From Candidatus Lokiarchaeum ossiferum (lineage in GTDB: Archaea > Asgardarchaeota > Lokiarchaeia > Sigyniarchaeales > Promethearchaeaceae): 32,000 nucleotides of DNA. The notes beneath the pieces were generated by a model. It was not told where the DNA came from. It saw nothing but the letters and a program-made list of their open reading frames with translations, and did not search any database. The first letter of the stretch is position 1; each line of letters starts with the position of its first letter. The translations under genes and the position numbers were made by a program. This document shows positions 1 to 8,141 of the stretch, one piece after another. The stretch is from the NCBI GenBank assembly GCA_025839675.1, contig CP104013.1, positions 6,000,001-6,032,000 of the forward strand, read 5' to 3'.

Positions 1-83
1 AAAAGAAAGGAAGGGACGAATTTGGGTCAATTATCTGGAATAGTGAATTATTTTAATTTAACGGAGACATCGGAAACAGATCA

Positions 84-452
84 TCAACTTCCGGTTAGAA
101 TGAAAAAAGAAGGGATAGATGTCGGTTTTTTAATCCGAGATAACCCTTCAAAGAAATAATGGTGGGGATCCAAGTGAAAGTATTCGCGATACCAATGATG
201 CACATCATACATTAAAACAAGAGCAGAAAAACCATCCGGTCGCAAGCTATGGATACTAAGAAATTCATCTCCTTGGGGGGCTTCTAGCACGATTTCTCGA
301 TAGGGAAAAACAATTTGATCTGGATTCCAAGGATGTTTCGGATCCACATCCCGATTGTAAAGTTCAATTTCCACTTGGAATTCGTCAAAAGTATATTCTT
401 CGGTTGAGAATCCCCAACACACATGTTGTAAGAGATGGTTATATTGTTCCAT
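84..452 (-). CDS. hypothetical protein, no recognisable domain
   Basis: ORF 84..500. The codon at 500 is TTG; the first ATG is at 452 (MEQYNHLLQH...). The product is His/Trp/Tyr-rich and has no motif I recognise. Its 3' end overlaps a partial + frame ORF that runs off the window start. Confidence 0.4.
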   Translation of the reverse strand: MEQYNHLLQHVCWGFSTEEYTFDEFQVEIELYNRDVDPKHPWNPDQIVFPYREIVLEAPQGDEFLSIHSLRPDGFSALVLMYDVHHWYREYFHLDPHHYFFEGLSRIKKPTSIPSFFILTGS

Positions 453-533
453 AGTATGTGATAAAAGGAAAGAATTTAAAACAAAACTTTTAATGAGCAA
501 AGATGTTTAATGAAATGGATTATATATAAACGC

Positions 534-1541
534 TTAGTTTAGTCTCTTTATCTTCCTTTTGGATTTGGATTTCTGTTTTTTCTCCTTCAAAAGTTCGCGT
601 ACATCAACAAGTCGATGTTTACCATAGTGTTTCTCGAATAATTTCTTCAATTGATAGTTATTGAGATGAAAATGTTCTTTGAGTTGAGCGTGAGATAAAT
701 TCTGATTTAATTGAGTCGATAGATCATTCTCTGGAATTTTCAGATATTCATAGTCTTTTGTACTAGATTGAGATATTTTTTTATTGCGATCATCAAGTTT
801 CCCTTTTGAAACGTGATACTTTTTTCGAATATCAGATAAATTTCGGGTTCCTTCGGCCCAATACATGAAATTTCGGATATAATTTTGAGAAATATTAAAC
901 TTGTCACAGAGTTCTTTATAGGTTTTACCTGCTTTAATATGATCTATTAATTCATCCTTTTTGGCTTGAATATCGGATTGAACAGAAGAATTATTCTTGT
1001 TTGCCAGATGGTGAGAGTCAAAAAAAGAAATTTCCTTAGTGGAACATTGTTTGTCGACTTGAGGGACTGTTTCTCGAATGTTGGCTGCTAATTTTCCCTC
1101 GGAAATATGTTTACAATGTTCTTCAGGTAATTTCTGTTTCCAATTAGGATGATTTTCCCCCTTAATAAGTTCGCTCAATAATTTTCGAGTCTTATCTGAC
1201 ACATCTCTACCAATTTGAGAAGCAGCAATATTATCTTTATGTTCTTGAGATAAATTTTTTCCTCCATTCCATGCTTTTCTTCCTTTTGAGCTCTTTGATT
1301 TTCTTCGACAGGTTTCCTCGGATTGCTTTTTTCCCGTATTAGATTGCCTTGTTTTTTCATTTTGCTCTTCTGTATTGAACCCTCCACTGCCTCCAATGCG
1401 CATGTTATAGCCAACAGCCGGATTTAATGTGTTATATTTCACCATATAATAGCCTTCCAACCGTTGCATGGTCCATTTATTAATATTTTTCACCGAATGG
1501 ATCTTTTTCATGTAAAAATTCGAAGGACCGTACTTCGCCAT
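534..1541 (-). CDS. GIY-YIG family homing-endonuclease-like protein, N-terminally truncated (NUMOD3 repeats plus C-terminal HTH modules)
   Basis: The N-terminus matches only the distal part of a GIY-YIG domain (RLEGYYMVKYNTLNPAVGYNMRIGG; compare I-TevI ERENFWIKELNSKINGYN). It is followed by 3-4 NUMOD3-like units (GKKQSEETCRRKSKSSKG, GKNLSQEHKDNIAASQIG, DVSDKTRKLLSELIKG, LPEEHCKHISEGKL). Two HTH-like segments follow (GKTYKELCDKFNISQNYIRNF; LSHAQLKEHFHLNNYQLKKLFEKHYG). The GIY, YIG and catalytic Arg positions are not inside the ORF. Confidence 0.7.
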   Translation of the reverse strand: MAKYGPSNFYMKKIHSVKNINKWTMQRLEGYYMVKYNTLNPAVGYNMRIGGSGGFNTEEQNEKTRQSNTGKKQSEETCRRKSKSSKGRKAWNGGKNLSQEHKDNIAASQIGRDVSDKTRKLLSELIKGENHPNWKQKLPEEHCKHISEGKLAANIRETVPQVDKQCSTKEISFFDSHHLANKNNSSVQSDIQAKKDELIDHIKAGKTYKELCDKFNISQNYIRNFMYWAEGTRNLSDIRKKYHVSKGKLDDRNKKISQSSTKDYEYLKIPENDLSTQLNQNLSHAQLKEHFHLNNYQLKKLFEKHYGKHRLVDVRELLKEKKQKSKSKRKIKRLN

Positions 1542-1810
1542 AGCATGAGCAAGATGCGTTTTACGAAACGTTGGAAGACAGGGATTTTATATTTCTCCTG
1601 ATGTAGATTTCAAATCAATAATAAAAATTTACCAAAATGAAATCCAAAGTTTTCATAACGAAATTCTGTTATGAGAAGTTCATGAGTTGAAGAATTTCGC
1701 TTATTTAGTTCAGAAAAGAAAGGATTAAAAAAAAAAAAATTTATTCATAATTTGAAGTACATATATTCAGAATACGTCATTGCACATAATCATCTTTATT
1801 GTTTGAATCA

Positions 1811-2575
1811 TCATTTATCTTTCAAATCAATTTGTCCAAAAACAATTATACTTAAAATGATGAGAAATATGGGCATTAGCAATTCTGGATAAATTTGTCT
1901 AAATAGAGAAATAAATTCCACAGTATTCCCATCTATAGTTTTTGGTCTTAAGTAATTAATTTGCGAATCCATTAGAAAACGGATAGTAATATTACTTAAA
2001 TTAAGTTTTCTTAAGAAAGGTTCACCCAAAAATATATATGTCAGATGTAAAACAAAACTTTGAATAGTATTCCTAAGAAATAGGGACAACATAAAAGATA
2101 TTGCTAAAGTTACGGGAGTAATTAAAATAATTACACAATATCCAACCCAGATTGTACTATTTGACAATGGAAAATTGTATAAATTTACCGAAAGACCTAT
2201 AGAGAAAAAAAATGTTATTGTCTCAAAAAAAGTGATAATTAAAAAGATTGTCAGATATTTTCCAAGGAATATATTTTTTTTTCTAATAGGTGTGGTCATT
2301 ATCGATAGGAGAGTATTATTTTTAAATTCTTTAGATATGATGTCACAACTTGTAAACACAATAAAAAATCTAAAAATATACATAATCCCCCAAATATTAC
2401 CCCAAATCAACCGATGAAATTCATCAGCATTTGGAATCAATTCTATCGGAGTTTGTATATAAAATAGGGGTGGAATCAAAATGCTTACTAATATCATTAC
2501 CCAAAATCTAAAATCCTTTGAAAAATCTTTCAATGTCATTCGGGAAATTTCGTAAAACTGTTGTATTGTGTTCAA
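1811..2575 (-). CDS. ABC-2 type transporter permease
   Basis: Multi-pass hydrophobic 254-aa product. Clear paralog of the upstream permease (shared FDIIS.E, NSTL, IWVGY, LHL motifs). Last gene of the ATPase-permease-permease operon. Confidence 0.75.
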   Translation of the reverse strand: MNTIQQFYEISRMTLKDFSKDFRFWVMILVSILIPPLFYIQTPIELIPNADEFHRLIWGNIWGIMYIFRFFIVFTSCDIISKEFKNNTLLSIMTTPIRKKNIFLGKYLTIFLIITFFETITFFFSIGLSVNLYNFPLSNSTIWVGYCVIILITPVTLAISFMLSLFLRNTIQSFVLHLTYIFLGEPFLRKLNLSNITIRFLMDSQINYLRPKTIDGNTVEFISLFRQIYPELLMPIFLIILSIIVFGQIDLKDK

Positions 2576-2621
2576 GATTAGAGTCTCCTTTTATTTTTTT
2601 TCTTTAGTCTATGGATCTACA

Positions 2622-3416
2622 TCAATTACTTTTGATATCAAGAAATTTGAAAGATAAGATACATAACATTAATATACCTGAAGAAATGATTAAGAATGGA
2701 AAAAAAGGGATGATTATTGCAATACTGTAATGAAAAGTATTATTTTTTATATCTTCTTGAAAAATATTTATTATTGATTCAACGTTATGGGAAATCGATA
2801 GATATTCACTTTCTTTAAAACGTTCTACAATAGGTTCAGCAATGAAAATAAATAAAAGGTGCAATATAAGGCTATTAATCGGCTTTTTTATTAAAACAGA
2901 TAATAAGATTGAAATTGAAAGTGTTATTACATTTGCCATTATTAAAGAAAAATAGCCAACCCAAATTACACTATTTAATATTTGAAATTCGTATCCAGAA
3001 TTAGTGATCATAACTAAAATTAAATATGCTATTGACTCGATCAAAAATAATAGGAAGCAATATGTAAAAAATCTCCCCAGAATTAGTCTATGCCTAGATA
3101 TTGGATTGACAGTTAGAGGGAGAATTGTTGAATTATGATATTCTGCGGAAATAATGTCAAAGGTCAGAAAAATCGCCAGATATCTGAATATCACGATAAA
3201 CTCAATTAGATTAGGCCAGACAATGATATCATGAAAAGTTTCGGAATTTCGGACTAATTCTATTAGATAATCAGGAATTTTGTACGCCAGAATTATTGGG
3301 AGCATGAAAACAAAACATAATGTAACTAAAATTCGAAAATCCTTCAAATAAATTTTCAGAGTCATTCTAACTACTTCTATATATTGTTGAGAACGCTTCA
3401 TTTCAAATTCCACCAT
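2622..3416 (-). CDS. ABC-2 type transporter permease
   Basis: Multi-pass hydrophobic 264-aa product. ATG start at 3416 overlaps the ATPase stop by 14 nt (translational coupling). Paralog of 1811..2575. Confidence 0.75.
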   Translation of the reverse strand: MVEFEMKRSQQYIEVVRMTLKIYLKDFRILVTLCFVFMLPIILAYKIPDYLIELVRNSETFHDIIVWPNLIEFIVIFRYLAIFLTFDIISAEYHNSTILPLTVNPISRHRLILGRFFTYCFLLFLIESIAYLILVMITNSGYEFQILNSVIWVGYFSLIMANVITLSISILLSVLIKKPINSLILHLLFIFIAEPIVERFKESEYLSISHNVESIINIFQEDIKNNTFHYSIAIIIPFFPFLIISSGILMLCILSFKFLDIKSN

Positions 3417-4341
3417 TAATAATATCCCGATATATTTTCCCTAATGTGCCTAATTGAGGACGAAGATCAAAACAATAATTCCTTTCCAGCATTAATTTAT
3501 TGATTACCTCTGGTTGATCTGTTTTAAAAGTGATTATTCCATCTGCTTCCAAATTTAGATTTGATATTAAATTAGTTTGATTTTTCAAGAAAGATTTCAT
3601 TTCATCTATAGATTGAGATTTGTGGGAGAATTCCAATGAAAAATTTTGATGTTTCATATTACCTGCAATGGAATTAAGTTTTCCATTCAAAACAACTTGC
3701 CCACTTTTAAAAATCGCAATATCAGATGCTAATTGCTCTGCCTCATAGGTTTCATGGGTTGTAAAGATTATTATTGAATCCTTCTTATATCGTTTCTTAA
3801 TTAAATGAATTATATCATCCCGTCCTATCGGATCTAAATTTTGAAATGGTTCATCTAAGATAATTAAATCTGGATTTCCTATAAAAGCACGAGCCAAAGC
3901 CAATCTTTGTTTCATTCCATGAGAATATGTCCGTGTTTTTTTTTCCCAGAATGAATCAGGAATATTAACCCATTTAAGCAACTCTATTGATTTTTCCTTA
4001 ATAATACTTTTCTTATTAAAACCTTTTAATCTAAAGAACAGTCTTAAATTTTCCTCTCCTGATAAATTTGGATAAAAATCACCGTTCTCAGGAAGAAAAC
4101 CAATCCTATGGAAAATTTTAGAACCTTTAGTAAATGGATCCAAGATTTCATTTTGATAATAAACTGATCCACAATTTTTTTTTATTAAACCTAAAATCAT
4201 CAATAAAGTTGTTGACTTCCCTGCACCATTTGGACCCAAAAATGCATGAATTCCTGGATTAATTTCAATTGAGAGATCTTGAACTGCAAGAAATGACCCA
4301 TATTTTTTTGTTAAGGAATTTAATTTTAATGTCTTATCCAT
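3403..4341 (-). CDS. ABC transporter ATP-binding protein (ABC-2 exporter type)
   Basis: Walker A GPNGAGKST, signature-like YSHGMKQRLALARA, Walker B DLIILDEP, H-loop FTTHE. C-terminal ~90-aa accessory domain. Confidence 0.92.
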   Translation of the reverse strand: MDKTLKLNSLTKKYGSFLAVQDLSIEINPGIHAFLGPNGAGKSTTLLMILGLIKKNCGSVYYQNEILDPFTKGSKIFHRIGFLPENGDFYPNLSGEENLRLFFRLKGFNKKSIIKEKSIELLKWVNIPDSFWEKKTRTYSHGMKQRLALARAFIGNPDLIILDEPFQNLDPIGRDDIIHLIKKRYKKDSIIIFTTHETYEAEQLASDIAIFKSGQVVLNGKLNSIAGNMKHQNFSLEFSHKSQSIDEMKSFLKNQTNLISNLNLEADGIITFKTDQPEVINKLMLERNYCFDLRPQLGTLGKIYRDIINGGI

Positions 4342-4682
4342 GATTTTGAACTCGAAAGTTTAAAATTGGGAATAATATTAAATGTTTTTTATTTCAGTCT
4401 AAGAAGAGATAAAACACTGAAATTTACTCTTTTGGAATAATGGAATAAAAAATAAATCTTTTTTCCAGTAATGTCTTCAAAAATTATATGGAATCATTTT
4501 TAACCACCGATATTGTATATAAATACGCCTACTACGGCAAAAGGTAAAATGAAGCATTATATTATGTTCTTATAATCTATCTTTTTTTTTCTACTTCTTG
4601 GAAATAATTTAACAGCAATTTTTAATGCAATAAAGTAAAAAAGCTCAAATTTTGAACAAAACTCGGAAAATGCAATTACAAA

Positions 4683-4994
4683 TCATTGAAATCCCTTAAA
4701 TTGCTGCTCATCGCTGTCAAGATCGCTTTCCAGATCGGGATTATTAATTTTGTCAAATTCAAGACTATTCCACATATAGTATTTCTTTAAAAGCGAAATA
4801 AACGTTTCTCCCCACATACTTACCTTTTGAATCGCACGTAACAATCGGGCTTCCGAAAATTCGGAAAAGTAGAGACGAGTCCATCCAAAGGTAATATATG
4901 GCCGTGTTTCAAAAGGGAGCTCTGGATAAATGGAACCCAAGAAAGATATTTTATGCAGTTCCAGCAAAAATAGTTGGGATTGTTCAGTTGTCAC
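4683..4994 (-). CDS. hypothetical protein
   Basis: 103-codon ORF with a GTG start. The frame stays open 21 codons further upstream without an ATG. Acidic C-terminal tail (DLESDLDSDEQQ). No recognisable domain. Confidence 0.35.
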   Translation of the reverse strand: MTTEQSQLFLLELHKISFLGSIYPELPFETRPYITFGWTRLYFSEFSEARLLRAIQKVSMWGETFISLLKKYYMWNSLEFDKINNPDLESDLDSDEQQFKGFQ

Positions 4995-5103
4995 ATCGAA
5001 AATGAAATCCCGTAAGGTTTGAGGAAGACTAAAACTACTTGTGAGATAGATATGATCCTATTTTTTTTTTAATTTGGAGCAAAACATCCATACCGCTTTC
5101 AGA

Positions 5104-5158
5104 ACTATGGCTCTCGGGGGGAGTTGTATCAGATAGTGACCCATTCTGAATTATAGAA
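5104..5158 (+). ncRNA. degenerate copy A of a conserved structured-RNA-like motif
   Basis: GGCTCTCGGGGGGAGTTGTATCAGATAG aligns to copies at 5758 and 21674. Hairpin GCUCUC/GGGAGU is conserved. A weak second hairpin TTCT-gaattat-AGAA follows. Confidence 0.15.
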
Positions 5159-5240
5159 AAGTTCGTTGCAGTTCTTTGGTATTTTGCAGTTCGAAGATAT
5201 TACCTCATTCCTTTTTAAGCCAGAGTGAGAATTCAAGGAC

Positions 5241-5696
5241 ATGCTTATTGATAGATCCATGTATCAATTTTTCTATTCCCATTTGGTGGAAACACCTTCA
5301 ATCTCTTGGAAACCTAAAAGGAGAAATCTCCTACACTATCTGTTAATTGGAGGTATAATTTATGGAAGCATCATGATCCCAACGTATGTGGGGGATTTTC
5401 GCTTAGCAGAAATTACTTCGGTTAATGTAACCCAACCCATTGTGGTAGGGCAAATCGGGCAGGTTGAAGTGAGTGGAATTTTTCGAAGTATCGGATCTCC
5501 GGTTCATCAACGGTGCATTATAAATCCGATAACCAAGCAAATCCAGTTGTTCATATGGCAAAGTCATGATGCTCCATATCAAGCGATGTGCTATTTTTCG
5601 GTGAATTTCACCGTATCGGTCCATTTGTCGGGGACCTGGGAAGTAAACTGTCACTCCGTCATATTTTACATCAAAGTTCCAACTGCATCCGAATAG
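5241..5696 (+). CDS. small N-terminally membrane-anchored beta-rich protein (Ig/CARDB-like guess)
   Basis: One hydrophobic helix (LLHYLLIGGIIYGSIMIP) followed by ~110 aa of alternating beta-type sequence ending in GTWEVNCHSVIFYIKV. Same layout as 8142..8564 and 24178..24639. Confidence 0.5.
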   Translation: MLIDRSMYQFFYSHLVETPSISWKPKRRNLLHYLLIGGIIYGSIMIPTYVGDFRLAEITSVNVTQPIVVGQIGQVEVSGIFRSIGSPVHQRCIINPITKQIQLFIWQSHDAPYQAMCYFSVNFTVSVHLSGTWEVNCHSVIFYIKVPTASE

Positions 5697-5757
5697 AGAG
5701 TTCTAGGGATGAAATTTCTACGAGTTACAGGAGTTTTTGATATTATAATAACTATAT

Positions 5758-5849
5758 AAGTGTGTGGTGATGGGTGGCTCCCTGGAGGAGTGATATCAGA
5801 TTGCGCCCCATACCGAATAAAAGGAGGGTTTAAATCTCCTGATTTTATC
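5758..5849 (+). ncRNA. copy B of a conserved two-hairpin structured-RNA-like motif
   Basis: AAGTGTGTGGTGATGGGTGGCTCCCTGGAGGAGTGATATCAGATTGCGCCCC is ~80% identical to 21674..21726. Nested stems are GGGUG/CGCCC and GCUCC/GGAGU. A second hairpin AGGAG-GGTTTAAAT-CTCCT (5822..5840) is followed by GATTTTAT. Confidence 0.3.
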
Positions 5850-6066
5850 AATATTCTAATTAATATAGCTAGCAGTATATCCCTTAACCTTCACTTAGAA
5901 AACCACTAAGTTACTCCGGATATTTATCACATTAAAAACAGCCATTGCCAATCCAAACCTTGGAGCAGCAGTTGCTATCAATGCACCCCATAGAAATAGG
6001 TGCCAATCTCCGAGGTTTATTATGCTCATCAAAATAATTAAAAATGTAATTTGATTAATCAAACCA

Positions 6067-6675
6067 ATGAGAATTCTCACCATATGCGGTTCAATACGCC
6101 CAAATGGCTTGACGAACACATTGCTTGAAGAAACTGTCGATGAGCTAAAAAAAATCGTTCCAAAGTCGGAAGTAGAACGAATTCAAATCTCAGATGTGAA
6201 AATTAATGTATGCAAAGTGAGTTGTAATTCAGTATGCTCAAATAATCCCTATCAATGTGTTCAGCAGGATGATTTTCAACTTATTCTAAACCAAATGAAA
6301 CATGCAGATATGATTCTGCTAGGTGCTCCCCAATATTTTCGAGCCCCGCCTGCACAATTTCATGTATTAATCGAACGACTCGTAGCTTCTTTTTTCAACT
6401 ATGAATGCAGCAATCCAAAAGGAGAAAGTTCTCCGGTCCATGGAAAACTATGTGGAATAATCGCCACTGCAGAATATTCAAACCCCTATGTAATAATGGA
6501 ATATTTAGCAGATTTCTGTCGCATTCTCAAAATGCGGAATGTCGTATTGGATAATTTTCCCTATCTCGGAGTAGCAGGGCAACGAAGTATTGAGGGGACA
6601 GAGATCTTTCATCCCCATCAACGGTGCAAAGAATTGGCCCAAAAATTGGTCAATTTGTCAAAAGTACTACAATAA
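6067..6675 (+). CDS. NADPH-dependent FMN reductase / iron-sulfur flavoprotein-like protein (flavodoxin fold)
   Basis: N-terminus MRILTICGSIRPNGLTNT is typical of the FMN_red/ISF family. Compact Cys cluster CKVSCNSVCSNNPYQC. ADMILLGAPQYF flavin-binding strand. Confidence 0.75.
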   Translation: MRILTICGSIRPNGLTNTLLEETVDELKKIVPKSEVERIQISDVKINVCKVSCNSVCSNNPYQCVQQDDFQLILNQMKHADMILLGAPQYFRAPPAQFHVLIERLVASFFNYECSNPKGESSPVHGKLCGIIATAEYSNPYVIMEYLADFCRILKMRNVVLDNFPYLGVAGQRSIEGTEIFHPHQRCKELAQKLVNLSKVLQ

Positions 6676-6753
6676 TTCATTTTTTTAGCATAATCACAAA
6701 AAATTTTTGACTTCATATTATTTCGCTCATCCAATCCAACCTTCATTTGGAGA

Positions 6754-7812
6754 TCAACATAAATTTTGAAATGGGAAATTCTCAATAATCTCATCAATTT
6801 GAGAGAGGGTAACAACATTCTCTATATGATTTCGAATATGAAACAGATTACTCTTCAAGTTTCCCGCAGTATTGCACTCATTTATTGCTTTCAACGCATC
6901 AAAGAAAGAAATATCAATAAATTTTCCTACGTTAGGTTCCAGCTGCATAATGTTTTTTTCTAAGAGAAGTTTGGCAATTTTTTGATTGTAAATTTGGGGA
7001 TCTTGGCAATTGACTAAAATAAGTGTCAGATTCTCCATTAATTGCAAATATTGATCCAATTCTTGCATTTTTCGATCTGAGAGGGATTGATTTGTTCTAT
7101 TCAGTAATCTAATATATTTATTCAAAACGCTGGTAATATAACTCGCACTCCATCCCATTCTTAAATAATTAGATCGAATCGTTTTAATGGTTTGGAACCA
7201 TTTTTCTTCACTTTGAATATCTTTTAAGTGAGAAAGTAGCAGGCGATTTTGTTTGAAAATATGATGGATTTCATTTTCAATATACACCTTATCTGCATGG
7301 AAAATACCCTTCATTCCCACAATGAGCATCGCTTGACCGCTGGGAACGACTTTTGCAATCATTTTCATTCTCAGTGTTTGGGGTGCCGCTCTAAAGCCGA
7401 GTAATTGATGACACTTGAAACACTGACCGATATTTCCTAGGAATTCAAAATTGTCTTCCCCACAGGTGTGTATCACAGGGACGACATTATTATACAGACG
7501 TTTCATCCCGCATTCAACGCATTCATGGGCATCACAATTGACGCACTTAAAAAATTGATTCTCGCTTATCATTTTCCCACATATCGGACATTTTTCTTTC
7601 TTATACCTTGGCGAGTTATTGAATTGATCTAAAACGTTTAACCTACTCTCATCAAATATCCCAATATCAATTTTGCCGGATTTTGGATTTTGTATTGAAA
7701 AGACTGGATCGTAACCCTTTTTTCGTAGCTTTTCTATTACTTTTGGCACTTTTTTCGGAGAATTGACTGTGTGTAAAACTTTCAAGAACGGTCCTGGATC
7801 TAAATTCATCAT
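6754..7812 (-). CDS. zinc-ribbon / cross-brace-like Cys-rich protein with helical C-terminal domain
   Basis: CPICGKMISENQFFKCVNCDAHECVECG ... HTCGEDNFEFLGNIGQCFKCH (aa ~75-136), followed by ~200 aa of helical sequence. The Cys spacing recurs in 29436..30818. Confidence 0.65.
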   Translation of the reverse strand: MMNLDPGPFLKVLHTVNSPKKVPKVIEKLRKKGYDPVFSIQNPKSGKIDIGIFDESRLNVLDQFNNSPRYKKEKCPICGKMISENQFFKCVNCDAHECVECGMKRLYNNVVPVIHTCGEDNFEFLGNIGQCFKCHQLLGFRAAPQTLRMKMIAKVVPSGQAMLIVGMKGIFHADKVYIENEIHHIFKQNRLLLSHLKDIQSEEKWFQTIKTIRSNYLRMGWSASYITSVLNKYIRLLNRTNQSLSDRKMQELDQYLQLMENLTLILVNCQDPQIYNQKIAKLLLEKNIMQLEPNVGKFIDISFFDALKAINECNTAGNLKSNLFHIRNHIENVVTLSQIDEIIENFPFQNLC

Positions 7813-8141
7813 TTTTTTTTGCCTACAGTTTGTGCTTTAGTTAGTAATTATTCTTTTGACATTTGAGTAAATAAAGATTTCAATCAATGATTCCCATCCC
7901 GAATAATGAAAAAATACTAAAAAAAGAAGTAGATAAAAATGAAACGAAAAAAATTTTGATCATTTTGAGTGATTCAAAATAAATCGGCCATTTATGATGT
8001 AATCCTCAGATCTTTTCAAACCTTGCATGCATGAGAAGGCATTTTTCTTCCAAGATCAAGGGTTACTTGAAAAAAATGTTCCCAAACAGGGAGAATAAGT
8101 TGCCTAAATTTTTATAGAGGGTGGGTTTACATTATAGTAGT

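Noticed and set aside
1-159. Partial + strand ORF running in from the window start (…GIDVGFLIRDNPSKK-stop)
   Set aside because: Only 52 codons are visible and there is no motif. It would overlap the 3' end of ORF 84..452 by ~76 nt, so I cannot decide which is real.
1175-1414. 79-aa ORF on the minus strand inside the homing-endonuclease gene
   Set aside because: It is nested out of frame within a longer ORF that has clear NUMOD3 motifs. The product is Lys/Glu-rich low-complexity sequence, typical of an alternative frame of an AT-rich gene.
2175-2417. 80-aa + strand ORF antisense to the ABC-2 permease
   Set aside because: It is fully inside the permease gene on the opposite strand and has no motif. 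It is a shadow ORF.
5758-5813. Group II intron 5' end (GUGUG) or C/D-box sRNA (GUGAUGG ... CUGA)
   Set aside because: There is no domain V-like hairpin, no intron-encoded RT and no matching 3' end. For a C/D sRNA, the D'/C' order and spacing do not fit, and copy C has no terminal CUGA.
5822-5849. T-arm-like hairpin (GGAGG-GTTTAAA-TCTCC) suggesting a tRNA
   Set aside because: No acceptor stem, D-arm or anticodon arm can be drawn from the upstream sequence. The loop lacks the TTC(R)A consensus. I treat it as part of the RNA-like motif instead.
5403-5851. ORFs 5403..5654 (-) and 5666..5851 (-)
   Set aside because: The first is antisense and nested in 5241..5696. The second spans the intergenic RNA-like motif and overlaps the end of 5241..5696. 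Its Pro/Ser-rich translation simply mirrors the GC-rich hairpin.
5895-6119. 74-aa minus-strand ORF with two hydrophobic segments
   Set aside because: It overlaps the well-supported N-terminus (MRILTICGS) of the flavoprotein gene by 53 nt. An internal Met at 6029 would give a 44-aa peptide, but nothing in the sequence supports it.
6618-6963. ORFs 6618..6818 (-) and 6766..6963 (+)
   Set aside because: They overlap the ends of the flavoprotein gene and the zinc-ribbon gene. They are short, lack motifs, and are better explained as shadow frames.
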